A stretch of 64,000 nucleotides of DNA. It comes from a virus. Below are positions 1 to 8,516 of the stretch, piece after piece. The stretch's first letter is position 1, and every line of letters starts with the position of its first letter. The position numbers were made by a program, and so were the translations under genes. Below the pieces are notes generated by a model, which worked only from the letters and a program-made list of their open reading frames with translations, ran no database searches and had not been told where the DNA came from. Where the stretch lies: IMG/VR virus record IMGVR_UViG_3300027896_000014, positions 64,001 through 128,000 of that record; one strand, written 5' to 3'.

Positions 1-1558
1 TTCTGGCCGCCGAATTTAAACCCGAGTTGTAGCCTACTCCTCCAACAGTAATTTCACAGCAGTCAGAAATTCCGCCATTTACTTGGACGTCAAATAATTT
101 GAATTTTGTAAACTCGAATTTTGTGTTGATGCGATCGGTGAGCATGGAGACTTTCGTTTTTATGAATTGGTCCATAAGATAAAGTTCGCTTTCCAGTTTC
201 TCGAACTCGGCAGAGAGTTTCTTTTCGGAATCTTTCAATTCCTCTATGCGCTTCTCCCCATGCTCTCTTTGGGTAAACATAGCAAGCATTGACTTTGCAT
301 CAGAAAGTTCACGCTGAAACATATCAAGTTCCTTTTTAATTTTCTCGATATCCTGCGCCTTCCCTTCTCTTTCGGTCTTGATTTGAGACTCTAAATCTTC
401 GATCTCGTCCAAGAGGTCGACGTGGTGGGGGAGGCCCGAAAACTCTTCGGAGGAGGCCTTGAGCGCATCGCGCTCCTCTTCAGCCTTGTGGAAATGGGTT
501 TCTGTATCGTGAAACACTCCTTCCAACTCAACCTGCTCCGTCGAAAAATGGGTTATGTCCTTTTCAATCTGCTCTTTCTGATCTTTTATTGAGTGGCCCC
601 TTCTGTCCACATCCCCCAACCGATCGGCCTTATTCTGGTTGAATGAAGCAAGGGCCTTTTCTCGCGCTTCTTGGACCCTTTCTGGAGGGAGAGCTTGACA
701 GCAGGCCGGACAGGTATCAACCGTGGTATCCTTGAATGTCTCTGCGTCAATCGCTGTCCATCTGTCCCGCAATTTGGCAAGGTCAGCATTCATGATCTGG
801 ATCTGACCGTCTTTCCGCTTAAGGTCTGCATGAATAGCGACAAGCCTGCGCTGGGAAGACTGAACTTTCTCGAATAACTCCGAAATCTGTTGATTAAGAC
901 GATTCAGGGTAGAGAGCGATCCGGACCGATGGGCATCCTCCATCTTTCGTAGATCGGCATTAAGGCCCGATAGCTTCTTTGTAAGGTCCGCGATATTACC
1001 TCCGGTATTGACCCCTTGGAGCCTTAATTTGGCATCGTTCAGGGCAGTTTCAAGCCTCTGAGCCTCCGTTTCTGATGCCTGTCGGTCAATGCCGGTGATA
1101 TCCGGGAGTCCACGGCGTACCTCGTCGATCCGGACGGGGATCTTCTCTATCTCCCTGTTGATCTCAGATCGTCTGGCAGCGACTATCTTACGGTGGTCAT
1201 CGAGAGTATGCTTCCCGAGGATAGCCGTGAGTGGGGTAAGCTTCTCGTTGGAGAGAATAACATCAATATCGGAAATATCGCCGCAGACCTCGAGGAGGAT
1301 TGAGCGTTGATTGCGCTTAGGGTCCTTAAGAGTGGGGAGTGGTGGTAGCGACGGGAAGACCATGGGCGAAGTCAATAGCCTAAACCTGGACTCGTCACCT
1401 GCAATATCGGCAATTCTGGAAATATAGTCCTTTTCCTGCACCGGAACACCATCAACAAAGTAAGAAGTTGTGTGCCCCGTAAACTCCCTGTTTGCGCTCC
1501 CGCGTTTTTTGGACCAGACTTCACGATATACTTTTTTTAGCGTTATCGTTCTCTTCAT
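1..1558 (-). CDS. Rad50/SbcC-like AAA ATPase, C-terminal part (split gene, runs off left edge; absent from ORF track)
   Basis: Manual translation from ATG 1558 (RBS AGGAGG): MKRTITLKKVYREVWSKKRG...FTGHTTSYFVDGVP...ILLEVCGDISD; the left edge reads CEITVGGVGYNSGLNSAAR. Both match phage Rad50-like ATPases. The middle section was not fully translated. Confidence 0.85.
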   Translation of the reverse strand, partial: MKRTITLKKVYREVWSKKRGSANREFTGHTTSYFVDGVPVQEKDYISRIADIAGDESRFRLLTSPMVFPSLPPLPTLKDPKRNQRSILLEVCGDISDIDVILSNEKLTPLTAILGKHTLDDHRKIVAARRSEINREIEKIPVRIDEVRRGLPDITGIDRQASETEAQRLETALNDAKLRLQGVNTGGNIADLTKKLSGLNADLRKMEDAHRSGSLSTLNRLNQQISELFEKVQSSQRRLVAIHADLKRKDGQIQIMNADLAKLRDRWTAIDAETFKDTTVDTCPACCQALPPERVQEAREKALASFNQNKADRLGDVDRRGHSIKDQKEQIEKDITHFSTEQVELEGVFHDTETHFHKAEEERDALKASSEEFSGLPHHVDLLDEIEDLESQIKTEREGKAQDIEKIKKELDMFQRELSDAKSMLAMFTQREHGEKRIEELKDSEKKLSAEFEKLESELYLMDQFIKTKVSMLTDRINTKFEFTKFKLFDVQVNGGISDCCEITVGGVGYNSGLNSAAR

Positions 1559-2175
1559 ACAGCTACCCTCCTTGTTAAGGTATCTTTTATACTCCATCCC
1601 ATTCTCAACCGCCCCCGGATAGTCTGCTTATTCATTCCAGTGAGGTTGCTCCACTCTCTCATACTGTGTGTTTCCCCGTTCAGCGTAAGATATTTCACCT
1701 TACAGGTATTACATGGCTGTTTTGACTGAGGGACCCATGTGCAGTTATCGGGGGAGTAACCGAAATCATTATTTATTCTTTCGATGGTAAACCCCTCTTT
1801 ATATCCATTTGAAATGGCCCACCTGTAAAAAGGTGGGTACTCTCCCCAAGCCTCACAAATAAATATTCCCCTGCCTCCATATCTCGAAAAGTGCTTATTT
1901 CGAGGGTTGTTGCAACGGTCTCGCATTGCTGACCAAACAGAATATAATTTTGTTTTGTTCCCACCTATCCTTGATAATCCATGGGTGAATTTTCCTTGGC
2001 CGCATCCGCAACTTTTAGTTTTTCCAGAAATAAGATCATTCCTCCTGACAAGGGTATGATTTCCGCAATCGCAGATACATAGGTATAGATACTGGTATTT
2101 TTTTGTACTCTCATGACGCTCGACACATATAAGCGACCCATACCTATTCCCATCTATATTTTTTCCTGGCGGCAT
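1555..2175 (-). CDS. free-standing HNH-type homing endonuclease
   Basis: CICDCG, KSCGC, HGLS...LYSVWSAMRDRC, YGGRGI, TIERINNDFGYSPDNCTW. Likely ATG 2175 (track starts at 2181). Confidence 0.85.
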   Translation of the reverse strand: MPPGKNIDGNRYGSLICVERHESTKKYQYLYLCICDCGNHTLVRRNDLISGKTKSCGCGQGKFTHGLSRIGGNKTKLYSVWSAMRDRCNNPRNKHFSRYGGRGIFICEAWGEYPPFYRWAISNGYKEGFTIERINNDFGYSPDNCTWVPQSKQPCNTCKVKYLTLNGETHSMREWSNLTGMNKQTIRGRLRMGWSIKDTLTRRVAV

Positions 2176-2177
2176 AA

Positions 2178-2444
2178 TCAATCCCCTTCTATTTCTAATT
2201 CGGCCTCGACAGTATGCTCCAATCCGTGGACGGCCTGGCCTGTGGCATCCAAATTCTTTAGTTCAAAGTCAGACCTTCCGAGAGCGTCCTTGTTAAAAAG
2301 TAACCAGGTAAAGGCACTCAGAAGACGGGTTTTCCCGCTTGTGTTCATACCGTATACATCCGCATCCTTCCCTTTCGGTTCAAATGTTACGGTCCCTCCC
2401 TGAAAATCTCTAAGCGATAATCGATTCAGTTTTATTTCGTTCAC
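2178..2444 (-). CDS. Rad50/SbcC-like AAA ATPase, N-terminal Walker A part (split gene)
   Basis: KLNRLSLRDFQG...VYGMNTSGKTRLLSAFTWLLF...DFELK...HGLEHTVEAELEIEG. Probable GTG start at 2444 with RBS AAAGGAG (track ORF begins at 2540). Confidence 0.85.
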   Translation of the reverse strand: MNEIKLNRLSLRDFQGGTVTFEPKGKDADVYGMNTSGKTRLLSAFTWLLFNKDALGRSDFELKNLDATGQAVHGLEHTVEAELEIEGD

Positions 2445-2536
2445 AGATAGACTCCTTTCTATGGGTTTTTTTGAATCTTTCCGCCTTTCCTCATCCCTCC
2501 TATCGAGATCGTCTAAGAACCTTGCCAGCGATCGAT

Positions 2537-2809
2537 TCATCGGGTTTCTCCTTCCCTCTTATTGTTTCCATTCTTCTTTGTATTAACCTTCTTGATTGAT
2601 TCAGGATGGAAGACAATCTTCCCAACCTTCTTCAACACTTTGACTGCACAATCCTCACCACATATCTCATAGAGAGTTGAATCCTCCACGGGGATGGATT
2701 GAACCTTATCTCCAACAGCAACCTTCTTAATGATCCTTGGTTGAAACTCAAATATCTTTGGAGTAAGTTCCGAACACACATCACATCTGAAAGTCTGAAT
2801 CTTAGCCAT
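2537..2809 (-). CDS. hypothetical Zn-finger protein
   Basis: CDVC...CGEDC; RBS GGAGG. Confidence 0.6.
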   Translation of the reverse strand: MAKIQTFRCDVCSELTPKIFEFQPRIIKKVAVGDKVQSIPVEDSTLYEICGEDCAVKVLKKVGKIVFHPESIKKVNTKKNGNNKREGETR

Positions 2810-2961
2810 CTTTATTCCCTCCTTTCATCTTTTTGGTTTCCTACTTTAAACTCTTCATCCAAAATAATTGAAAGATTGCTCCAACAAGCATCCCAAGAAT
2901 AAATATCAGAATGGCTATATAGATTCTTTCTACTTTTCTCATTTAATTTCCTCTTTTTGCA

Positions 2962-3231
2962 TTAGTAATCTATCCCCTTTCTTGGCGGAGGAGATTTTCT
3001 TATTTCTTCCTTCAGTTCATGGTTACTTTTTTCGAGATAGTTTAATTTATCCCGGAATACAGGATTTACCTGCCATGAGTAGAAGAGCTGTCCGGCAATG
3101 AAACCAATAATGATGCCAAGTAAAGCCCAAGCGAAAATATTCTTTAGGTCTGTCTTTTCGCTTCCGCCACAAACAGGGCACTTCGTCATCTTTGTTGCCT
3201 CTTTCCGATAGTTGCAATCGAATTGCAACAT
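2962..3231 (-). CDS. hypothetical membrane protein
   Basis: CPVC, one TM helix, short coiled coil. Confidence 0.5.
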   Translation of the reverse strand: MLQFDCNYRKEATKMTKCPVCGGSEKTDLKNIFAWALLGIIIGFIAGQLFYSWQVNPVFRDKLNYLEKSNHELKEEIRKSPPPRKGIDY

Positions 3232-3425
3232 TCGATTCCCTGCTGTTCAGTCTCTTTCCTCGAATACCCCCTGGCCGAATCAATGGCATCATAGACATCT
3301 ACTCCATGTAAAACATAGAGCAGGACGACCCTTAACTCTTGCTCATCCATGTCCTGGACTATGGGGTAAAGAGTTTTTCGAACATTAACCCTATCAAGTT
3401 CTGCTAAATAGTGTATGGCTGGCAT
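3186..3425 (-). CDS. hypothetical protein
   Basis: ORF with RBS GGAGG in the early operon. Confidence 0.5.
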   Translation of the reverse strand: MPAIHYLAELDRVNVRKTLYPIVQDMDEQELRVVLLYVLHGVDVYDAIDSARGYSRKETEQQGIECCNSIATIGKRQQR

Positions 3426-3480
3426 GTCATTACCCTCCCATAAAATTGGAAGGGAGCTACTGGCCCCCCTCCAGTAAACT

Positions 3481-4164
3481 TTATTTTGTCTCTACTTTAT
3501 TCCAGCCTTGTTCTTTATACTCCGACTCAGAAACCTTCTGATCGGCTGGCTTGATAAGATAGAATTTAATGATAACTTTTGGGTCTGCGGTATTCACAAC
3601 AGCCGCCGCCAAGCCGGTTCCGTTAGCCCCATAAGCCATTGGATTAGCACCACCACCGAAACCTGCTGTAGCCCCACCACCACCAAGGTTAGCACCGATA
3701 GTTTTAGAAGACATCTTAAACAAGACATCAACTCTTATATTTGAAGTGTCAGTCTGTTTAAAAATCTTCACTGCTTCGGGGATAAGATTGATCACGTCTG
3801 AATCATAGTCCTCAAGTCTTGAAAACCCCATAATCCTTCCACCTCTCGTGTAGTAAATAGTTTTTACAACCTTGTCGGCTTCCTGAATAACCACACCTGT
3901 ATTGGGATTAATCTTTTTCATTTTCAACCGTTGAATACCGACAAATTCAGGAACTGAATCTTCAGGCATTCTCCCAACTACTCCAGGGATCAATTGTAAG
4001 AGATATGGGTACATTGGCTGTGGCTGAAGATAGGAATTTTGACTTCCGCCCATCCCTATGCCATAGGCATTTACGGTGGAAGTAACGGTATTCTCTTCAG
4101 CAAAAGCTATTACTGGAAGAATCAAATTCACAATCATGGCTATAAACAACACCTTATTTTTCAT
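3481..4164 (-). CDS. secreted hypothetical protein
   Basis: Signal peptide ending AFA; Gly-rich C-terminal segment; RBS AGGAGG. Confidence 0.75.
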   Translation of the reverse strand: MKNKVLFIAMIVNLILPVIAFAEENTVTSTVNAYGIGMGGSQNSYLQPQPMYPYLLQLIPGVVGRMPEDSVPEFVGIQRLKMKKINPNTGVVIQEADKVVKTIYYTRGGRIMGFSRLEDYDSDVINLIPEAVKIFKQTDTSNIRVDVLFKMSSKTIGANLGGGGATAGFGGGANPMAYGANGTGLAAAVVNTADPKVIIKFYLIKPADQKVSESEYKEQGWNKVETK

Positions 4165-4264
4165 TGCCTTTTAACCTCCTTAATTAATTTTTAAGGTTAA
4201 AGGGGAGAAGATTTCTCTCCTCCCCATCACCTTTTTTAGAACCCACTCCATTGGCTTCTATCCC

Positions 4265-4657
4265 TTACTTTGGAAAGTGGAAGCCTTCGCAGAAGGAGCA
4301 CTGGAATTCAGTCCCGCTAAGATAAAAATTGCCACCACCGATTTGTCCAAAACCATAACCATCAATGGTGATACTGCCTTTCGTAACATATAACGTAGGA
4401 TCAATAGTTACTGACCCACCAGCCACATTTATATCACCAGAGATTTTTCCACCATTGGTCAAGTCAAGATTATAGCCGTAGAATCCCATTCCAGAAACAG
4501 CACCTGAAATGGAGCCAGTTCCACAGATAGTTCCCGTAATCACTGCTCCACCTGCAGCACCAGTCCCGTTAAAGTTGCCCCCGAGATTCCATGCAAATGC
4601 GGGAACTGCCATCGCTATAGCCAACACTACTAAACTAACAATCAACATCTTTTTCAT
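4265..4657 (-). CDS. secreted Gly-rich hypothetical protein
   Basis: MKK + hydrophobic core + PAFA signal peptide; RBS AGGAG. Confidence 0.75.
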   Translation of the reverse strand: MKKMLIVSLVVLAIAMAVPAFAWNLGGNFNGTGAAGGAVITGTICGTGSISGAVSGMGFYGYNLDLTNGGKISGDINVAGGSVTIDPTLYVTKGSITIDGYGFGQIGGGNFYLSGTEFQCSFCEGFHFPK

Positions 4658-4787
4658 AATTCATTTTCTCCTTGTTTAGATTTGTTAAATTGTTTAAAAG
4701 TTAGTAACCTTTAGCCTATACCAAATATTTATCTCCTTTCTCTAAATTTCACCCACACGACGGGGCTGATGTCTTTGTCGGAGCATT

Positions 4788-4997
4788 TCACTCCACTCCT
4801 GACCTTTTTAATGTTTGTCTTAACTCTCCGATTGAAGCTTTCCTTCGGAGAAATCGGTCAACGACTTCTGGAAGACCACTGTTAGTCTCAAACCGGATCG
4901 TACATTTTAGTCCAGGGGCCAGTTCAAACTCTTCCCATCGGTCATGACCGGAATTGGTTTTGTTGCATACCGTTCGCATTCTTGAGATGAAATTCAT
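4788..4997 (-). CDS. hypothetical protein
   Basis: Abuts the upstream ORF; RBS GGAGG. Confidence 0.5.
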   Translation of the reverse strand: MNFISRMRTVCNKTNSGHDRWEEFELAPGLKCTIRFETNSGLPEVVDRFLRRKASIGELRQTLKRSGVE

Positions 4998-5237
4998 TTA
5001 CCCTCCTTTTTTTCCCACATATATTCTAAAACCTATACATCCCGCGTTAGGGTTTCGCTCAAGTTCAACCTTTGAACACGCTATGATTCTTGAATCGGGG
5101 CACTGAAGACAGGGGAGATCCTTCTCGCCAGAAAAAAACCTTCGATACCAAGCAACAAAATCTTTTTGTCGTAGACTCGACTTTTCGAGTTGTTGTGTCA
5201 TGATTTTCTCTCTATCTCCCCATTTATCTTTCCCCAT
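4998..5237 (-). CDS. hypothetical protein
   Basis: Cys-containing ORF in a tight early operon. Confidence 0.5.
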   Translation of the reverse strand: MGKDKWGDREKIMTQQLEKSSLRQKDFVAWYRRFFSGEKDLPCLQCPDSRIIACSKVELERNPNAGCIGFRIYVGKKGG

Positions 5238-5386
5238 CCCGCATCTCTCAGCTTTTTCAGGGCACGCTGGATCTCGACAATCTCGAACTCAAAACAGGGA
5301 TCGCAGAGACCGTGCGTTTCGGATTTATCGTCCAGCGGTTCTTTCTCGCCCATCACGGTTTTACAGCGGTAACAGATGCGTATCAT
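5198..5386 (-). CDS. small Zn-binding phage protein
   Basis: ICYRC...THGLCDPC motif. Confidence 0.6.
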   Translation of the reverse strand: MIRICYRCKTVMGEKEPLDDKSETHGLCDPCFEFEIVEIQRALKKLRDAGWGKINGEIERKS

Positions 5387-5531
5387 TTTCGTTTACCCTC
5401 CCTACCCGATCCCTTAACCAGTGGATGAAAGTATTACGATTGCCAAAAATGTAAAACAAGCCAGTAGAAACAATAAATATAGAATGAAATCTCGGTATTC
5501 TTTTTTCATTTTACCCATCGTCTTTCTCCTA

Positions 5532-5720
5532 TTAGACTTTCAGCACCCCTTTGTTTGCTTGGGCCCTGATCCACTCATCTATTTGCCTCTCCGAAAATCT
5601 GATGATCCCCCCGACACGGAAACAAGGGATAATTTTGCACTTGGCTTTTTTCAACACCCAGGACGGGGAGACCCCAAGTTTATTGGCCACATCTTTTGCC
5701 TTCAACAAACTCTCTATCAT
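5532..5720 (-). CDS. excisionase-like HTH_17 DNA-binding protein
   Basis: LLKAKDVANKLGVSPSWV...IPCFRVGGIIRF...IDEWI. Confidence 0.85.
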   Translation of the reverse strand: MIESLLKAKDVANKLGVSPSWVLKKAKCKIIPCFRVGGIIRFSERQIDEWIRAQANKGVLKV

Positions 5721-5959
5721 TCGCCTACCCCTCCTGTTTTGTACTTATCCATTTCTACATAAGCGTTGGTTATTCTATCTCTTCATATTTTTTAGTCTGT
5801 AAATCTCTTTTTCCAGCAGGCGGACGATGGCACCGTTAGCCCGACACGCCAGCAGAAACCAAGCGTTGTTTTCCCGCAAAACAGCATTCTCCTCGATGAG
5901 TTGGTCATAGGTCTTTTGCTTTTTCATGACTGAACCTCCTTCTTGACTTTCGTTTCCCA

Positions 5960-6337
5960 TTATTTCCGCTTTCCAGTCTGTTCTTTTGTCCCCTTCAGAA
6001 TTTCCACCAACATTTCCAAGTCTGGAAGCTTTTCTCTCAGATCATTCAGAATCCTCTTTTCTCGTTCATCCTTCTTTTGGTCGAACTTCTTGTTCAAAAA
6101 ATCCTTCGGCCTGAGATCGCCGATCCGCTCCATGTAGACTTCCATGTCTGAGACCGTAAACCTGGGACTATTTTCCTGCGGGGAGAGATTCATTCTTTTG
6201 GAGAGACCTTCAGGCGAGTGACCCATCTCAGCGGCAACATACTTTAGGGGTTTCCCGCAAGTTTGAAGGCAATAGACAAAGAATGTGTAAAGGTCATCAG
6301 TTTCCATAGCCAACTCGTCCAGAACGTCGATTTCCAC
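5960..6337 (-). CDS. CII-like phage regulator
   Basis: KYVAAEMGHSPEGLSKRMN HTH; lies downstream of the cro-like gene. Confidence 0.6.
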   Translation of the reverse strand: MEIDVLDELAMETDDLYTFFVYCLQTCGKPLKYVAAEMGHSPEGLSKRMNLSPQENSPRFTVSDMEVYMERIGDLRPKDFLNKKFDQKKDEREKRILNDLREKLPDLEMLVEILKGTKEQTGKRK

Positions 6338-6432
6338 TATTTACCTCCCTTGGTGCATCCAATTGGTTGCAATTCTCTTTCCTTGAATTTCCCAAATCCA
6401 TAGGGTCTAATATTCCCATGGCATTACATTTT

Positions 6433-6714
6433 TTATCCAATTGTCTTTCCTCGTTTTTTCGCTTGCAGGGGTTTAGATTTTTTGGTATTATGGTGCAAAT
6501 CTTTATCATTATTAATAGGGGGTTTTTCGGGAGGCCAAATCTGGTGAACCGGTCGACCCACGGCGTCGGCGATAGCTTGTCGAATACGTGGGTTTTTACG
6601 GAGGCCTTTGATAACAGAGTTGACGGCGGGAACTGTCATCTTCAATTTGTTGGCAACCGACGTTTGGGTAACATCCAGAAGTTTCATAAGGATGAAAATT
6701 TCTTTAGGAGTCAT
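6433..6714 (-). CDS. Cro/Ner-like HTH regulator
   Basis: TQTSVANKLKMTVPAVNSVI...PRIRQAIADAVGRPVHQIWP; divergent from the repressor. Confidence 0.8.
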   Translation of the reverse strand: MTPKEIFILMKLLDVTQTSVANKLKMTVPAVNSVIKGLRKNPRIRQAIADAVGRPVHQIWPPEKPPINNDKDLHHNTKKSKPLQAKKRGKTIG

Positions 6715-6771
6715 AAGTTTTCCCCTCTGATAAACGGTTAATATTTAAAGCGGTGATATCCATGATTTAAG

Positions 6772-6820
6772 TATTTATCATTTTAGTTGTAATTTGTCAA
6801 GAAAAAAATGCAACTAAAAT
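6772..6820. promoter_or_regulatory. immunity switch: leftward sigma70-like promoter within an inverted repeat
   Basis: ATTTTAGTTG (6780-6789) / CAACTAAAAT (6811-6820) flank a minus-strand TTGACA (6795-6800). Confidence 0.6.
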
Positions 6821-6837
6821 CATTTTTCTTGTAATAT

Positions 6838-7299
6838 ATGAAAACTAAAGAAGAAATACGCTCACTTTTTTCAGCAAGATTACGTGAAATTGCCCAAAAA
6901 AGATTTGGTTATCAACCCGGAAAAGATCACGGAATGCGAACAGATATCGCAAATGAATTGAAGATTAGTGTCGGAACGGTACAGCAGTGGTTCGATGAGG
7001 AAAAAGAAACTATGCCCGATGTTATGCAATTCCTTAAAATTCATGATGCCTTTGGAATTACCCCGAATGAACTTTTGGGGATTGAAGAGATACAACCCAA
7101 AGAATTCATTCCTCCTGTAGAAATTACAGAGGATTTTGTATCATTCCCAATACAAATATTTGACTCAACCATTCAAACCGGTGGCCAATTCTTAGGGCAG
7201 GTCATCATTCACAAAAGGGTGTTTGGAAGAAGAAAAAACCTTGCTGCCGTTTACCTAAATGGGGGGAAAGAAATAAAAGTAGTGATTGTTGGAAAATGA
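6838..7299 (+). CDS. CI-like XRE-family repressor
   Basis: FSARLRE...DIANELKISVGTVQQW...MPDV...FGITPNELLG; divergent from cro; no obvious RBS. Confidence 0.8.
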   Translation: MKTKEEIRSLFSARLREIAQKRFGYQPGKDHGMRTDIANELKISVGTVQQWFDEEKETMPDVMQFLKIHDAFGITPNELLGIEEIQPKEFIPPVEITEDFVSFPIQIFDSTIQTGGQFLGQVIIHKRVFGRRKNLAAVYLNGGKEIKVVIVGK

Positions 7300-7320
7300 A
7301 ATCAATTAGGAGAATAATCC

Positions 7321-7599
7321 ATGAGAAAACCAAATGCTACTCAACGGATGTTCCAAGACAGGTTTATTGCGGAGGCAGAGCGGCGACTCAGCATGGGACG
7401 GTACTCCCGAGGGTTCATGACCGAAGTGACAAAATCCCTCCGATTGCGTCAGGTCTCCGTGGTCCAGCGATGGCTTGAGGGATGGATGCCACGGCTGCCC
7501 CATCTGTTAAAAATCTACAGGGAGTGGGGGGTCACACCCAATAAACTCCTGGGGATTGAAGACCCTCCATCACCTAAAAAGAGACCAAAGAAGAAATAA
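7321..7599 (+). CDS. second XRE HTH protein, paralogue of the CI N-terminal domain
   Basis: VVQRWLEGWMPRLPHLLKIYREWGVTPNKLLGIE resembles CI MPDVMQFLKIHDAFGITPNELLGIE. Confidence 0.75.
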   Translation: MRKPNATQRMFQDRFIAEAERRLSMGRYSRGFMTEVTKSLRLRQVSVVQRWLEGWMPRLPHLLKIYREWGVTPNKLLGIEDPPSPKKRPKKK

Positions 7600-7869
7600 A
7601 TGGAAACTACAATCTGGATCTGCACTGGAATTATAGTGATTTCAATTGTTGCTGGATTCCACGCAATCGGGAAAGATATTGTTAACTTACATATTATTCT
7701 CGACAACTATTTTAACCATATAGAGAAAATATTGGAAGAAATTCGTAAAAGCAAAAAGGAAGTATTAAACGTTCCCCCTGAAACGATTGGTGAAATTGTC
7801 CAAGAAGACTACAGAAGGGAAAAACTCCTTAAAGAGTCAGAAGAAATCCGTAAACAAGAGTTGAAGTAA
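7600..7869 (+). CDS. small membrane protein
   Basis: N-terminal TM helix plus coiled coil; paralogue at 52743. Confidence 0.65.
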   Translation: METTIWICTGIIVISIVAGFHAIGKDIVNLHIILDNYFNHIEKILEEIRKSKKEVLNVPPETIGEIVQEDYRREKLLKESEEIRKQELK

Positions 7870-7878
7870 AAGGGTTGA

Positions 7879-7941
7879 TGTAGACACTTGTAGACACCGT
7901 AGACACCATGTAGACGATTTGTGGACGTTTTGTAGACAAAA
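7879..7941 (+). repeat. six phased GTAGAC repeats
   Basis: GTAGAC at 7880, 7890, 7899, 7910, 7932 and GTGGAC at 7921. Confidence 0.85.
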
Positions 7942-8098
7942 CACCCCCTTTTTGACGTTTGAGAGCACATAAAGACTATAAGGTATTTAATAAAAAAGAA
8001 CCAATGCAAGATCTTTTAAAAACCAAAAAGCGCGCAGGGTGGTCCCATAATGGTGCTGGTGGGTCATGGGGGTGGGTGAGGATTAACTGCCGGAAATT

Positions 8099-8124
8099 AT
8101 GTCACTATATGACGTTTTTCGTCA
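8099..8124. promoter_or_regulatory. candidate enhancer-binding-protein sites (UAS)
   Basis: Overlapping palindromes GTCA-N5-TGAC (8101-8113) and TGACG-N5-CGTCA (8110-8124), 60-90 bp upstream of the sigma54 box. Confidence 0.5.
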
Positions 8125-8184
8125 TTTTATATAATATCCTTGTAAAAAATCCTAAATCATTCCAATGGCTTAAGTTTTGTAATT

Positions 8185-8201
8185 TTGGCACATATATTGC
8201 G
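8185..8201 (+). promoter_or_regulatory. sigma-54 (-24/-12) promoter
   Basis: TTGGCACATATATTGCG matches TGGCAC-N5-TTGC; GG at 8187-8188 and GC at 8199-8200. Confidence 0.75.
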
Positions 8202-8231
8202 TGATATTCTTCAGAAAAGGAGGTCCCTCAA

Positions 8232-8504
8232 ATGAAAACTTGTTTTTTGATATTGTTACTCGTTCTTTTCGCACAAATCGCAACTGCCGATGAACAGATC
8301 GTGATGACTAACGGCATGACCTGTTGGAGAAATGATAACGGAGTGATTTACGGTTGTTCTGGTGGGGTTTACATTGGCGGTTCAGGATTCAACGATGCTC
8401 GGACCGGGACAAGGTATGAGTACATAAATAATCACCAGGCGGTCAATACCGTAACCGGCCAAGTTGTCAACGCACCACGCAGACAGAGCCAAAACAAAGA
8501 ATAA
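8232..8504 (+). CDS. small secreted protein
   Basis: Signal peptide ending ATA; two Cys in the mature part; RBS AGGAGG. Confidence 0.75.
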   Translation: MKTCFLILLLVLFAQIATADEQIVMTNGMTCWRNDNGVIYGCSGGVYIGGSGFNDARTGTRYEYINNHQAVNTVTGQVVNAPRRQSQNKE

Positions 8505-8516
8505 TCATGTGTCCCT

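Noticed and set aside
1555-2181. Group I intron in the ATPase gene
   Set aside because: The insert is fully occupied by the HNH ORF, and the downstream half has its own RBS and ATG.
7879-7941. CRISPR array
   Set aside because: Units are 9-11 bp with no spacers, and no cas genes are present.
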